From Salinispira sp. (lineage in GTDB: Bacteria; Spirochaetota; Spirochaetia; DSM-27196; Salinispiraceae), in contig OZ271918.1 of assembly GCA_965602015.1 (NCBI GenBank), positions 3,200,001 through 3,264,000 of the forward strand: a DNA stretch of 64,000 nt. The letters run 5' to 3'. A program made the position numbers and the translations under genes. Below the pieces are notes generated by a model. It was not told where the DNA came from. It was given only the letters and a program-made list of their open reading frames with translations, and did not search any database. This document shows, piece after piece, positions 37,994-47,295 of this stretch. How positions within the stretch are numbered: position 1 is the first letter of the stretch; each line of letters opens with the position of its first letter.

Positions 37994-38686
37994 ATGCACG
38001 ACAATCCCATTGCTTTCGAACAGCTTACCCATCCCGCCACGTTTTTTCTGCTTCGTCACGGCGAGAGCGAGGGAAACCGGAAGCGGATGATACAGGGACA
38101 TGTCGATATGCCGTTGACAGATATCGGCCGGGAGCATGCCCGGGCCGCCGGCAGCTTTTTCGCCCGAGGGGGCCTGGATCACATAATTGCCTCGCCCCTG
38201 TCCAGAGCTCGGGAAACCGCGGAAATCGTCGCCGGGTCATGCGGAATGGGTCCCGAATCGGTGGAGCTGCGGGACAGCCTGAAGGAACTCGATACGGGAA
38301 TTTTTTCCGGGCTGACGGTAGAGGAAATACGGAGCCAGTTTCCCGATGATTGGGAGGCCTTTAAGCACAGGAGCTGGGAGGCGGTTCCTTCGGCAGAGCG
38401 GCTTCAGGAGTTGCTGGTAAGGGCCGCGGATACCTGGGAGCGCATGATAGAAGCGGCAAATGCGGGATCCAGAAGAATTCTGGCGGTCTCCCACGGCGGT
38501 CTGATTCAATGGCTGTTCAAGCTGACATTCTCTGACCGGTGGAGCAACTGGCTGCCGGTTACCAGAACTGCCAATTGCGGCATTTACCAGCTTGAAGTTA
38601 CCCCGGTGCCCGGCGATGAGACGCCGGAAGGGCCGGGGTATTACGCCGAGTGGCTGAGGGTCAACCACATCCCCTATACCCGTTAA
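37994..38686 (+). CDS. Histidine phosphatase (phosphoglycerate mutase family)
   Basis: LRHGES, SPLSRARETA, LKELDTG, VSHGG. Confidence 0.9.
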   Translation: MHDNPIAFEQLTHPATFFLLRHGESEGNRKRMIQGHVDMPLTDIGREHARAAGSFFARGGLDHIIASPLSRARETAEIVAGSCGMGPESVELRDSLKELDTGIFSGLTVEEIRSQFPDDWEAFKHRSWEAVPSAERLQELLVRAADTWERMIEAANAGSRRILAVSHGGLIQWLFKLTFSDRWSNWLPVTRTANCGIYQLEVTPVPGDETPEGPGYYAEWLRVNHIPYTR

Positions 38687-38703
38687 GCGTCAGCTCAAGA
38701 CAG

Positions 38704-38743
38704 AAAAAAGCCGGTTCTCCATCGCGGAGAGACCGGCTTTTTT
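38704..38743. terminator. Bidirectional intrinsic terminator
   Basis: AAAAAAGCCGGTTCTCC-ATCGC-GGAGAGACCGGCTTTTTT between convergent genes. Confidence 0.8.
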
Positions 38744-38781
38744 TAACTTCCGGCGGTTTGCCGGGCTGACTCCTGGGATTT

Positions 38782-40776
38782 TTACCGCTGTGAGGTAATC
38801 AGGCTGTATAGCCGCTCGGCGGTCAGTCCCAGTGCTTCCGCTGCCTTTTTCCCCGGCGCGCTGAGTCCGAATCGGTCGATAGCAAGGATATGGTCCTGGG
38901 AAGATGCAATGCCTTCCCATCCCATGCTGATTCCCGCTTCGGCCACAAACACCCTGGCATCCAGGGGGATAAGAGCGTCGCGGTACTGCCTGTCCTGCCG
39001 ATAGAACGCATCCCTGCCCGGCATGGACACCACGCGAACCGCATCACCGTCGGCGGCGATGCGCTCAGCCGCCTCGAGTGCAAGACCGACTTCCGATCCC
39101 GTGGCGACAATCACCGTGAGAACACCGTTGCCGGCGTTTTTCTCAAAAACCGTGTAGGCTCCCTTGGCAAATCCCTCCTGCCAATCCTTCGCCTTCGCAA
39201 AAGATTGTAATCCCTGGCGGGTGAGGCTGAGCACCGTCGGCCCGGTCTTTCGCTTGAGGGCATACTTCCATGCCTCGGCGGTTTCCTCCGCATCGGCGGG
39301 GCGCAGGACGTCGAGGTTCGGTATCGCCCGAAGCACTGAAACATGTTCTATGGGCTGATGAGTCGGACCGTCTTCTCCCACGTAAATTGAATCATGGGTG
39401 AATACATAGGTAACCGGAAGATTCATTATGGCGGCAAGCCTGATTGCCGGTCGCATGTAATCGCTGAAAACCAGGAAGGTGGCCGCATAGGCCCTCAGAC
39501 CGCCGTACAGGGCCATTCCGTTAACCACCGCACCCATGGCGTGCTCCCGGACCCCGAAGTGGAAATTCCTGCCTGTGCGCGTAGTTGGGCCGAAATCGCT
39601 CTCCGCTTCGATATGGGAATTATTGGACGGCGCCAGGTCAGCCGAACCTCCGAGTATGTTGCTAAATCTCTCGGCGAGGATCTGGAGGACCGCTCCGGAG
39701 CTTGCCCTGCTGGCTTGGCTCTCTCCCGGTGAAAGGGCGGGAAGCTCCAGGGCGTCGAGGTCAGCTTCGTCAATTCCCGCATGCCATGAATCCCAGGTCT
39801 TTCGTAGTTCGGGGTTGTCATTCGACCATTTTGCGAAAAGGGCATTCCATTGTTCTTCGTCTTTTTTCCACTGGCTGCGGCGCTGGGCAAAGTACTCGGC
39901 AACTCCGTCGGCAATGTAAAAATCCCGGTCTTCGGGTATCCCCAGAGCCTTGCGGAAGGCCGCCCGCTCGTCGCCTCCAAGGGGTGCGCCGTGCACCTTG
40001 TGGCTGCCCGCCTTGTTTGGAGCCCCCTTCCCGATGACCGAAGGAAGAATAATAAGGCTCGGCTTTGCGCCTTCTTTTTTTGCCCCTTCCAGGGCCTGTG
40101 ACATTGATGAGTAGTCATACGGGTCGGCCTGTATTACCTGCCATCCCATTGATTCGAAACGGCCGCCCACGTCCTCGGTAAAGGCCAGTTCGGTTGAACC
40201 TTCGATGCTGATGCGGTTGCTGTCGTAAAAAGCGATAAGGCTGCCGAGCCTTAGGTGACCGGCGAGACTTGCGGCCTCGGAGGAAATACCTTCCATAAGA
40301 CAACCATCGCCGACAAGGGTGTAAATTGCATGGTCGATGATGCGGTGCTCTTTTGTGTTGAACTTCGCCGCGGTGAATTCCCTGGCAATTGCGAGGCCGA
40401 CGGCATTGGCGAAGCCCTGGCCCAGGGGCCCGGTGGTGGTCTCAACCCCTGGAGTGTGGCCGTACTCGGGGTGGCCCGGCGTCATTGAGTCCAGTTGACG
40501 GAAGGCCTTGAGCTCCTCGAGCGGCAGGGAGTAACCGCTGAGGTGAAGAAGCGAGTAAATAAACATTGAGCCGTGGCCGGCGGAAAGCACGAATCGGTCC
40601 CGGTTCATCCAGTGGGGGTTTTCCGGGTTGTGGCTCATCACCTCACCGTAGAGCCAGGCTCCGAACTCAGCCATTCCCAGGGGAAGTCCCGGATGGCCGC
40701 TGTTGGCGGCTTCAACCGCGTCAGCGGAAAGTGCTCTCAGGGTCTTTGCAATACTATTAAGAGCCGGTATATTCAT
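38782..40776 (-). CDS. tkt: Transketolase
   Basis: SGHPG, RDRFVLSAGHGS, TTGPLGQG, GDGCLMEG, GVREHAM, GEDGPTHQP. Confidence 0.97.
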   Translation of the reverse strand: MNIPALNSIAKTLRALSADAVEAANSGHPGLPLGMAEFGAWLYGEVMSHNPENPHWMNRDRFVLSAGHGSMFIYSLLHLSGYSLPLEELKAFRQLDSMTPGHPEYGHTPGVETTTGPLGQGFANAVGLAIAREFTAAKFNTKEHRIIDHAIYTLVGDGCLMEGISSEAASLAGHLRLGSLIAFYDSNRISIEGSTELAFTEDVGGRFESMGWQVIQADPYDYSSMSQALEGAKKEGAKPSLIILPSVIGKGAPNKAGSHKVHGAPLGGDERAAFRKALGIPEDRDFYIADGVAEYFAQRRSQWKKDEEQWNALFAKWSNDNPELRKTWDSWHAGIDEADLDALELPALSPGESQASRASSGAVLQILAERFSNILGGSADLAPSNNSHIEAESDFGPTTRTGRNFHFGVREHAMGAVVNGMALYGGLRAYAATFLVFSDYMRPAIRLAAIMNLPVTYVFTHDSIYVGEDGPTHQPIEHVSVLRAIPNLDVLRPADAEETAEAWKYALKRKTGPTVLSLTRQGLQSFAKAKDWQEGFAKGAYTVFEKNAGNGVLTVIVATGSEVGLALEAAERIAADGDAVRVVSMPGRDAFYRQDRQYRDALIPLDARVFVAEAGISMGWEGIASSQDHILAIDRFGLSAPGKKAAEALGLTAERLYSLITSQR

Positions 40777-40858
40777 GCATATCCTCCGTATAAAATTGTA
40801 ATTCTGTCGAAGTGTTGTACCGTGCCGATAGAGGCATGTACAAAATAAGGAGCGCGCA

Positions 40859-41938
40859 TTGAGCGAGTCAAAAGCGAAAATAAGAATAGCAGTACTGGCC
40901 GGCGATGGTATAGGCCCCGAGGTTATGTTTCAAGCTGAAAACATAATGGACAAAATCCTCTCCGACGAGGGCCTGGAATATGAGACCAGGAAGGCCGACG
41001 TCGGGGGCATCGCCATAGATAATCACGGCAGCGCCCTCCCGGAATCCACCCTCGAAACCTGCCGCTGGGCAAACGCAATACTATTCGGCAGCGTCGGCGG
41101 TCCGAAATGGGAATCCCTGCCGCCGGAACAGCAACCCGAACGGGCCGCGCTGCTCCCCTTGAGGAAGATTTTCGGCCTCTATGCCAACCTCAGACCGGCA
41201 ATAATCTTCCCCCAACTGAAGAACGCATCTCCCTTGAAAAACTCGGTGATCGGCGATGATTTTGACATTCTGGTTGTGAGAGAACTGACCGGCGGCATTT
41301 ACTTCGGCACCCCGAAAGGTCGTGAAGGTGACAAAGCCTTCGACACCCTGGTCTACACCCGTCCGGAAATCGAGCGGATCGCCCATGTGGCCTTCAAGGC
41401 CGCAGCAAAGCGCGGTAAGGCGGTGACGTCGATCGACAAGGCGAACGTCCTGACTTCCATGGTCCTATGGCGGGAAGTCGTCGAAGACGTGGCGAAGCAG
41501 TACCCCGACATCAACGTAAAACACATGTATGTTGATAACGCCGCCATGCAGCTGGTCAGAAATCCCGGACAGTTCGACGTGATACTCTGCGGCAATATGT
41601 TCGGCGACATCATCTCTGATGAAGCCAGCATGATAACAGGATCGCTGGGAATGCTGCCCAGCGCCAGCCTGGCGGACGGCAGCTTCGGACTCTACGAACC
41701 CTCGGGCGGCAGCGCACCGGACATTGCCGGTCAGGGCATTGCGAACCCCATCGCCCAGATTCTCAGCATGGCCATGATGCTTAAATACAGCTTTGGCCTG
41801 GACAAAGCATATGAACGAATTTTTACTGCGATTTCCCGGGTTTTGGACGATGGTATTCGCACCGGCGACATTATGAGCGACGGCTGCACCCGGGTGGGAA
41901 CCGAAGAAATTGGACAAAAAATATTGGAGGTGCTGTAA
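40859..41938 (+). CDS. leuB: 3-isopropylmalate dehydrogenase
   Basis: [53 protein letters not shown] start with AAGGAG RBS. Confidence 0.96.
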   Translation: MSESKAKIRIAVLAGDGIGPEVMFQAENIMDKILSDEGLEYETRKADVGGIAIDNHGSALPESTLETCRWANAILFGSVGGPKWESLPPEQQPERAALLPLRKIFGLYANLRPAIIFPQLKNASPLKNSVIGDDFDILVVRELTGGIYFGTPKGREGDKAFDTLVYTRPEIERIAHVAFKAAAKRGKAVTSIDKANVLTSMVLWREVVEDVAKQYPDINVKHMYVDNAAMQLVRNPGQFDVILCGNMFGDIISDEASMITGSLGMLPSASLADGSFGLYEPSGGSAPDIAGQGIANPIAQILSMAMMLKYSFGLDKAYERIFTAISRVLDDGIRTGDIMSDGCTRVGTEEIGQKILEVL

Positions 41939-42037
41939 GGGGTTGCGGGGGTGGACGGCCCGGCCGGCTGGGCCGGGCTGTTCAGGCATAACCTCAAAAC
42001 ACGCTCGAGACCCGGCTCAACGGCAGGTTTTCCGGAT

Positions 42038-42649
42038 TTAGCCGCCGTGGCGCTCCATCAGCACGGCAATGGCGTCCCTAATATCCATTTCCCTGGCGGC
42101 AAGTAAAACCATCATGTGGTAGAGCAGGTCGGCGGCTTCCCCGGCCATTTCATCGGCATCCTTGGCGAGGATGAGCTCCAAGGCCTCCTCGCCGGTTTTT
42201 TTTCTGATTTTGTCCTCACCTTTTTCGAAGAGGTGGGTTGTGTAAGACCCCGGAGGCATGTCCTTCTTGCGTCGATAGATGATGCGCTGGAGCTCCAGAA
42301 GGAAATCCCCGGCTAATCTGTCCGCTCTGCCCGCACCAGCAGAGCCCGTTTCCGGGCTTTTTTCGTCTTGCCCGGATTGTTTACCAAGCGATGCGCGTTC
42401 CTCGGCAGGCTGCTGCCAGGCTTGGGCGACAATCAGCACATGGTCGCTCATCCGCTGAATGGAGGCAAATCCCTCGCAGCCCTCGGCAGGCAATAGCCGC
42501 CCGGTGGAACCGTCGAGTATCCAGGGCTGATTCTGTTCGATGGTTTTTTGAAAGCCCTTCTGATTGCACAATGCGGTACCGAGAAACTCCCCACGAGGGT
42601 TCTGTATAATTACCGGCAGTACCGTGCCGTCCTTATCCGGGGTTCTCAC
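42038..42649 (-). CDS. hisE: Phosphoribosyl-ATP pyrophosphohydrolase with a degenerate HisI-like N-terminus
   Basis: 'GSYTTHLF..G.DKIRKKTGEEALE...EAADLLYH'; N-terminus 'LPVIIQ' resembles HisI but lacks DCD and CHTG. Confidence 0.85.
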   Translation of the reverse strand: MRTPDKDGTVLPVIIQNPRGEFLGTALCNQKGFQKTIEQNQPWILDGSTGRLLPAEGCEGFASIQRMSDHVLIVAQAWQQPAEERASLGKQSGQDEKSPETGSAGAGRADRLAGDFLLELQRIIYRRKKDMPPGSYTTHLFEKGEDKIRKKTGEEALELILAKDADEMAGEAADLLYHMMVLLAAREMDIRDAIAVLMERHGG

Positions 42650-43443
42650 GCCTGGGCTCCCGGGCGTGAAGCCGCCGGTTTGGTATTTTGGTATAACATG
42701 ACCGTTTCTCCCAAATCTATGCTGCCCTCGTAGATCGCCTTGCCGATAATTACCCCTTCGATTGGAGAGCTTCCGTCCTCCCGGTACCCGCCGGCAGCCA
42801 CATGTACTGCTGCACAGTCGTCCATGGTTCCCATTCCGCCGGATATGACCACAGGCAAGCCCGATGCCTCGGCGATGATAAGCGAACGCTCGATATCCGG
42901 ACCGGATAAGGTGCCGTCCCGGGAGATGTTTGTGTACACGATGCCTTTTACTCCCAGAGAGCCGACGGTTGCCGCCAGATGCTCATCCTTGACGCGGGTT
43001 CCGTCCTCCCAGCCGGCGACCTTCACCTCGCCGTCTCGGGCGTCGATTCCGGCAATGAAGTCCGCCGTATACTGCGCCGCCCAGCGGGCAACCTTGTCGG
43101 GATCGCGAATCAGAAGGGTTCCCACCACCAGACGTTTCACACCGAGATCGATCAGTTCCGCCACATCGTCGTCGCTTCGCACCCCGCCGCCCACTTCGAC
43201 GACCATATCGCTCTGTTTGCAGATCTGTCTGATCTGATCGCGGTTGCTCCTCCGCTCATGTTTGCCGTCCTTCCATCGCGCGGCATCCAGATCGACCACG
43301 TGAAGGTACCGGGCTCCCTGGTTTGCAAACCGGAGGGCGAGTTCGGCGGGATTTTTCGAGTAACTGGTAACTTCATCATAATGACCCTGGTGAAGCCGCA
43401 CGGCTTCGCCGGCGAGCAGATCAATGGCAGGAATTATCTTCAT
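42646..43443 (-). CDS. hisA: ProFAR isomerase
   Basis: MKIIPAIDL, LHVVDLD, EVGGGVR, TNISRDGTLSG; ATGA-coupled to pyrC. Confidence 0.95.
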   Translation of the reverse strand: MKIIPAIDLLAGEAVRLHQGHYDEVTSYSKNPAELALRFANQGARYLHVVDLDAARWKDGKHERRSNRDQIRQICKQSDMVVEVGGGVRSDDDVAELIDLGVKRLVVGTLLIRDPDKVARWAAQYTADFIAGIDARDGEVKVAGWEDGTRVKDEHLAATVGSLGVKGIVYTNISRDGTLSGPDIERSLIIAEASGLPVVISGGMGTMDDCAAVHVAAGGYREDGSSPIEGVIIGKAIYEGSIDLGETVMLYQNTKPAASRPGAQA

Positions 43444-44456
43444 ATAACGCTCCATTCGAGGGTTTCTCCCGCGAGAAAGGGCACCACCCCGTGATACTCC
43501 GCCGGCACGGTCCAGCTGCGGCGATCGAGATGTATTACCGCGTTGTTGCGGGGCACCTGATAAAAATCCGCCCCGTGTTCGCTGGTGAATGACTGGAAGA
43601 CCGAGGGATCGTTCGCACTGCACGCTCCATTTTCGAGGAAAAACTGAAAGAGCGCTGGCACAGCCACCGGCGCCGTGTAGGTGCCGGCGCAACCGCAATC
43701 GCATTCCTTCTGCCCGCGCTGGTGGGGTGCGCTGTCGGTACCGAGGAAAAAACTGGTGTCGCCGCCAAAGGCCGCCTCCATTAGCGCCTCCTGATCTTCC
43801 GGGCGCTTTAGCACCGGCTTGCAGAACAGGTGGGGATTGAGGAAACCGCCCATCATGTGGTCGAGGTTTTTCATCAAATGATGAACGGTAATGGTTCCGG
43901 CGGTCTTGTCGCCGAGCTCCCGAACTGCGGCAATCCCGTTTTTTGTGCTGATGTGCTCAAGCACCATCCTCAGGTCGGGAAACTGCTCCCGGATTTCCCT
44001 GAGTACGGGCAGAAAGGCGGCCTCCCGGTCGAGGACGAAGGCAGCCGGATCTTCCCCATGGAGGCACAGGACCAGGTCCTCTTTCTCCATGTGCTTCAGA
44101 AGGGGAAATATGCTGCGGTGGTCCCCAACCCCGTCTTCCGCATTTGTGGTGGCTCCCTGGGGATAATACTTTCCGGCAGTCACCCCGCATTCGAGCATTG
44201 CATAGAACTCGTCTTCTCCGATCTCCGGACTGATTTTAAAGGTGAAAAATGGCGTAAAGTCCTCAGCCCCGGTCAGAGCCCGAGACACTTCCTCCCGGTA
44301 ATGGTCCAGGCGCTCCCGGTTGTTGACCGGCGGGATGGTGTTGGGCATTATTAGTGCACGGGCAAATGAACCCGTAGTATCCCCAAGATAAGCCGGAAGG
44401 CCCTCTCCCTGGCGGATATGCAGGTGCCAATCATCTGGTTTACGGATGGAAATCAT
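43440..44456 (-). CDS. pyrC: Dihydroorotase (E. coli-type)
   Basis: PDDWHLHIR, MPN, KYYPQGATTN, LHGE, EHIST, FCKPVLK, GTDSAPH. Confidence 0.95.
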   Translation of the reverse strand: MISIRKPDDWHLHIRQGEGLPAYLGDTTGSFARALIMPNTIPPVNNRERLDHYREEVSRALTGAEDFTPFFTFKISPEIGEDEFYAMLECGVTAGKYYPQGATTNAEDGVGDHRSIFPLLKHMEKEDLVLCLHGEDPAAFVLDREAAFLPVLREIREQFPDLRMVLEHISTKNGIAAVRELGDKTAGTITVHHLMKNLDHMMGGFLNPHLFCKPVLKRPEDQEALMEAAFGGDTSFFLGTDSAPHQRGQKECDCGCAGTYTAPVAVPALFQFFLENGACSANDPSVFQSFTSEHGADFYQVPRNNAVIHLDRRSWTVPAEYHGVVPFLAGETLEWSVI

Positions 44457-44485
44457 GGCACTATATTATGACTTTAGGAGGCATT

Positions 44486-45193
44486 ATGAACAGAGAATAT
44501 GCCCAGACATTTTCCCAATCCCAGGTGATGTCCCGGAATCTCCTGCGGAATGTTTATATCTGGATGGCCCTCGGGCTGGCTATAACCGGGGTTGTGGCTT
44601 ACGGCACCGCCCAAAGCACGGAACTTATGACCTCGCTGTATCGGAACAACGGAGTGATGATTCTGATTCTCGTCGAGGTGGCACTGGTGTTCTTTCTCTC
44701 GGCCCGCATCATGAAATTAAAACCCATGACCGCCACCCTGCTTTTTGCAGCCTATTCGGCGCTGAACGGGCTGACGCTGTCCTTTATTTTTTACGTGTAT
44801 TCCGGAGCAACAATAGCCAGCACATTTTTTATCTCCGCGGGGATGTTCGGAACCATGAGTCTTTTCGCCATCTTCACGAAGCGGGATTTATCTGGATGGG
44901 GACATTACCTGATAATGGGGGTCATCGGGCTGATCATCTCCTCGGTGGTCAACCTTTTCCTGGACAGCGAGCCGCTCATGTATCTCATCAGCTATGCGGG
45001 CGTCCTGATATTTATGGGTCTCACCGCCTTCGATACCCAGCGAATCAAACGCATGAGCGACGCCCTCAGCGAGGATCTGGCAGAGCCGGACTATATCCGC
45101 CTGAGCATCATCGGGGCCCTCAAGCTTTATCTGGATTTTATTAATATTTTCCTGTTTATGCTGAGAATCTTCGGCGGCGGCGGCCGACGCTGA
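44486..45193 (+). CDS. Bax inhibitor-1/YccA family membrane protein
   Basis: 7 TMs; 'VYIWMALGL', 'TAFDTQRIK', 'LYLDFINIF'; AGGAGG RBS. Confidence 0.93.
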   Translation: MNREYAQTFSQSQVMSRNLLRNVYIWMALGLAITGVVAYGTAQSTELMTSLYRNNGVMILILVEVALVFFLSARIMKLKPMTATLLFAAYSALNGLTLSFIFYVYSGATIASTFFISAGMFGTMSLFAIFTKRDLSGWGHYLIMGVIGLIISSVVNLFLDSEPLMYLISYAGVLIFMGLTAFDTQRIKRMSDALSEDLAEPDYIRLSIIGALKLYLDFINIFLFMLRIFGGGGRR

Positions 45194-45220
45194 CTTCGGG
45201 GTTACCCCCAGTCTTTGAAT

Positions 45221-45251
45221 AAAAAGCACGGAGATATCTGTGCTTTTTTTT
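45221..45251 (+). terminator. Intrinsic terminator
   Basis: AAAAAGCACGGA-GATA-TCTGTGCTTTTTTTT. Confidence 0.75.
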
Positions 45252-45272
45252 ATGCCCTGATATACTGATGCC

Positions 45273-47144
45273 ATGGGCATAGACCAGTTACTTGAAAATA
45301 TTAATTACTCGAATTTCACCCACCGAATCGGAAAGTTAAAAGGCGTGTCCAAGGGGCGCAGCCCCCTTTTCCCGGCCATCGAACTGCGGGGGCTGAGCCC
45401 CGGGGAAATTGCTCAGTTGGGTAGTCAGGGCAATATTTGCGCAGACTGGAGCCGCATCCGGGTGTCCCCCGACTTCAGCGCGGGTCAGATTTGGCAAAAT
45501 CATTTCATCGGCGATATTGTGCTTGGCTGTTACAACGGAAAAAATCTTCCAGATCGCAGCGGGGGAGGAAGTCTTCCAACCGGCATTTACCGTTCGACAT
45601 TGGAAAACAGCCACATTGCGTCGAATTGCGCAATTCATAACTGCCCGGGCATCTTCCAGACCCTCATTGTCCGTGACAGCCTGGTTTCCAACTCCAACAG
45701 CGCTGCCGAAGAGAAAAAACCCGGGGGACTGCTGTACGGAAACGGAATCGAGATTCCCGTCGGCGTCGAAACCGGGGGACGGGAAATCGCCCTGTATTCC
45801 GACCTGAGTCTTGAACTGGCTGAGCACGTGCTTCGCAATCCCGCAAATAAAACGATACGAAAGGCATATCGGAATCACATAAGCGGATATCTTGAGCAGA
45901 TTCGCTTTTCCTGGACCATAATCGACAAGCATTCCCGGGTCATGGACACCAAATCGATTGTAAACAGCTACATCGGTCCCTACAGCATACTTCGGGGCGC
46001 CGACGAAATTCGAAACAGTTCGATTTTCTCTACCCGGGAGGATCCGACACTGGTCAGTAATTCATCAGTGGTTCGAAATTCCATAATTCAGGACGGCGTA
46101 GAAATAAGCGATGCAGCCATAATCGAAAACTCCATGCTCTTTGAGCACAGTCACGCCGAACACCACGGAAAGATTGTGGATTCCATTATCGGACCGAATT
46201 CTGGGGTCAGCAAGGGCGAAATTACCAGCTGCTTTCTTGGACCCTTTGTGGGCTTCCACCACCAGAGCCTGCTGATTGCGGCGTTTTGGCCCGGCGGCCG
46301 GGGAAACGTGGGTTACGGGGCAAACGTCGGCTCTAATCATACATCCCGAATGCCGGACCAGGAATGCTGGCCCGGCGAGGGCATGTTTTTCGGCCTGAGC
46401 TGCGCCATAAAGTACCCGGCAAATTTTGCCTCGGCGCCTTACAGCGTCATCGCCGCCGGCGTCACAACCCTTCCTCAGAAACTCGATTTTCCTTTCAGTT
46501 TGATCAACGAACCGGTGGGTTATTACCTGGAAGTGCCGCCGGGCTTTAATAACCTGGTGCCCGCCTGGGGTTTGGCGAACAATCTCTACTCACTCAAGCG
46601 CAATGAGGGGAAATACCGCCGGCGAAACAAAGCCAAACGAAACGTCTTTGACCTTCGGCTGTTCCGCCCGGATATCATCGCCCTTATGAAAACCGCTCTG
46701 GGTTACCTGGAAAATATCGGGGAGCGAAAGACCATTTACCTGCCGGGGGATATCCAGGGAATCGGCAAAAACATGCTCACCGACGTCAACAGGCTTAAGG
46801 CCATCGACGCATATCGGTTTTTTATCCGCTTCACTGAATTGGCGGACCTGCTGCGCGAGCTGGCACCTAATGGTACTGACCCGGCTACGGCAAAGCTTCC
46901 CGGGGATAAAAAAGAACGCAAACTCTTAGTGAGCAATCTCTCCGAGTACCTGGACATGCTTCCGCGGATACTCGAGGGAACCGAGAAATCCCGTCAACGG
47001 GACATTGACCGGGGAGGGGCGATAATTCCGGATTACCGCGACACTCACCCGTCGGTGGACAAGGATCCTTTTGTCCTCGAGGTGCGAAAAGAAGTGGAAA
47101 CCGAACGCCGATTTTGTCTCGGACTCCTCGATCACCTGCGGTAA
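45273..47144 (+). CDS. DUF4954-like left-handed beta-helix protein
   Basis: 'QGNICADWSRI', hexapeptide-like S/I repeats, 'GEITSCFLGPFVGFHHQSLLIAA', 'GSNH'. Confidence 0.7.
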   Translation: MGIDQLLENINYSNFTHRIGKLKGVSKGRSPLFPAIELRGLSPGEIAQLGSQGNICADWSRIRVSPDFSAGQIWQNHFIGDIVLGCYNGKNLPDRSGGGSLPTGIYRSTLENSHIASNCAIHNCPGIFQTLIVRDSLVSNSNSAAEEKKPGGLLYGNGIEIPVGVETGGREIALYSDLSLELAEHVLRNPANKTIRKAYRNHISGYLEQIRFSWTIIDKHSRVMDTKSIVNSYIGPYSILRGADEIRNSSIFSTREDPTLVSNSSVVRNSIIQDGVEISDAAIIENSMLFEHSHAEHHGKIVDSIIGPNSGVSKGEITSCFLGPFVGFHHQSLLIAAFWPGGRGNVGYGANVGSNHTSRMPDQECWPGEGMFFGLSCAIKYPANFASAPYSVIAAGVTTLPQKLDFPFSLINEPVGYYLEVPPGFNNLVPAWGLANNLYSLKRNEGKYRRRNKAKRNVFDLRLFRPDIIALMKTALGYLENIGERKTIYLPGDIQGIGKNMLTDVNRLKAIDAYRFFIRFTELADLLRELAPNGTDPATAKLPGDKKERKLLVSNLSEYLDMLPRILEGTEKSRQRDIDRGGAIIPDYRDTHPSVDKDPFVLEVRKEVETERRFCLGLLDHLR

Positions 47145-47295
47145 AGCCCGGGACAAAACCGACAGCGGCAATCGGCGTTCTGATTTTTCTGTTACCTGCC
47201 TGGTGAAAATAGTATTTAATGGGTGAAGGAAGGGGAAAGGCTGCCGTTTTCCGTGTCCCGTTCCGCAATACATTAAAAGAGCATTGGAGCCCGCG

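Noticed and set aside
41952..41983. GC-rich hairpins without U-tracts (also ~37948-37971 and ~32131-32181) as a REP family
   Set aside because: They share no sequence; probably individual terminator or stabiliser stems
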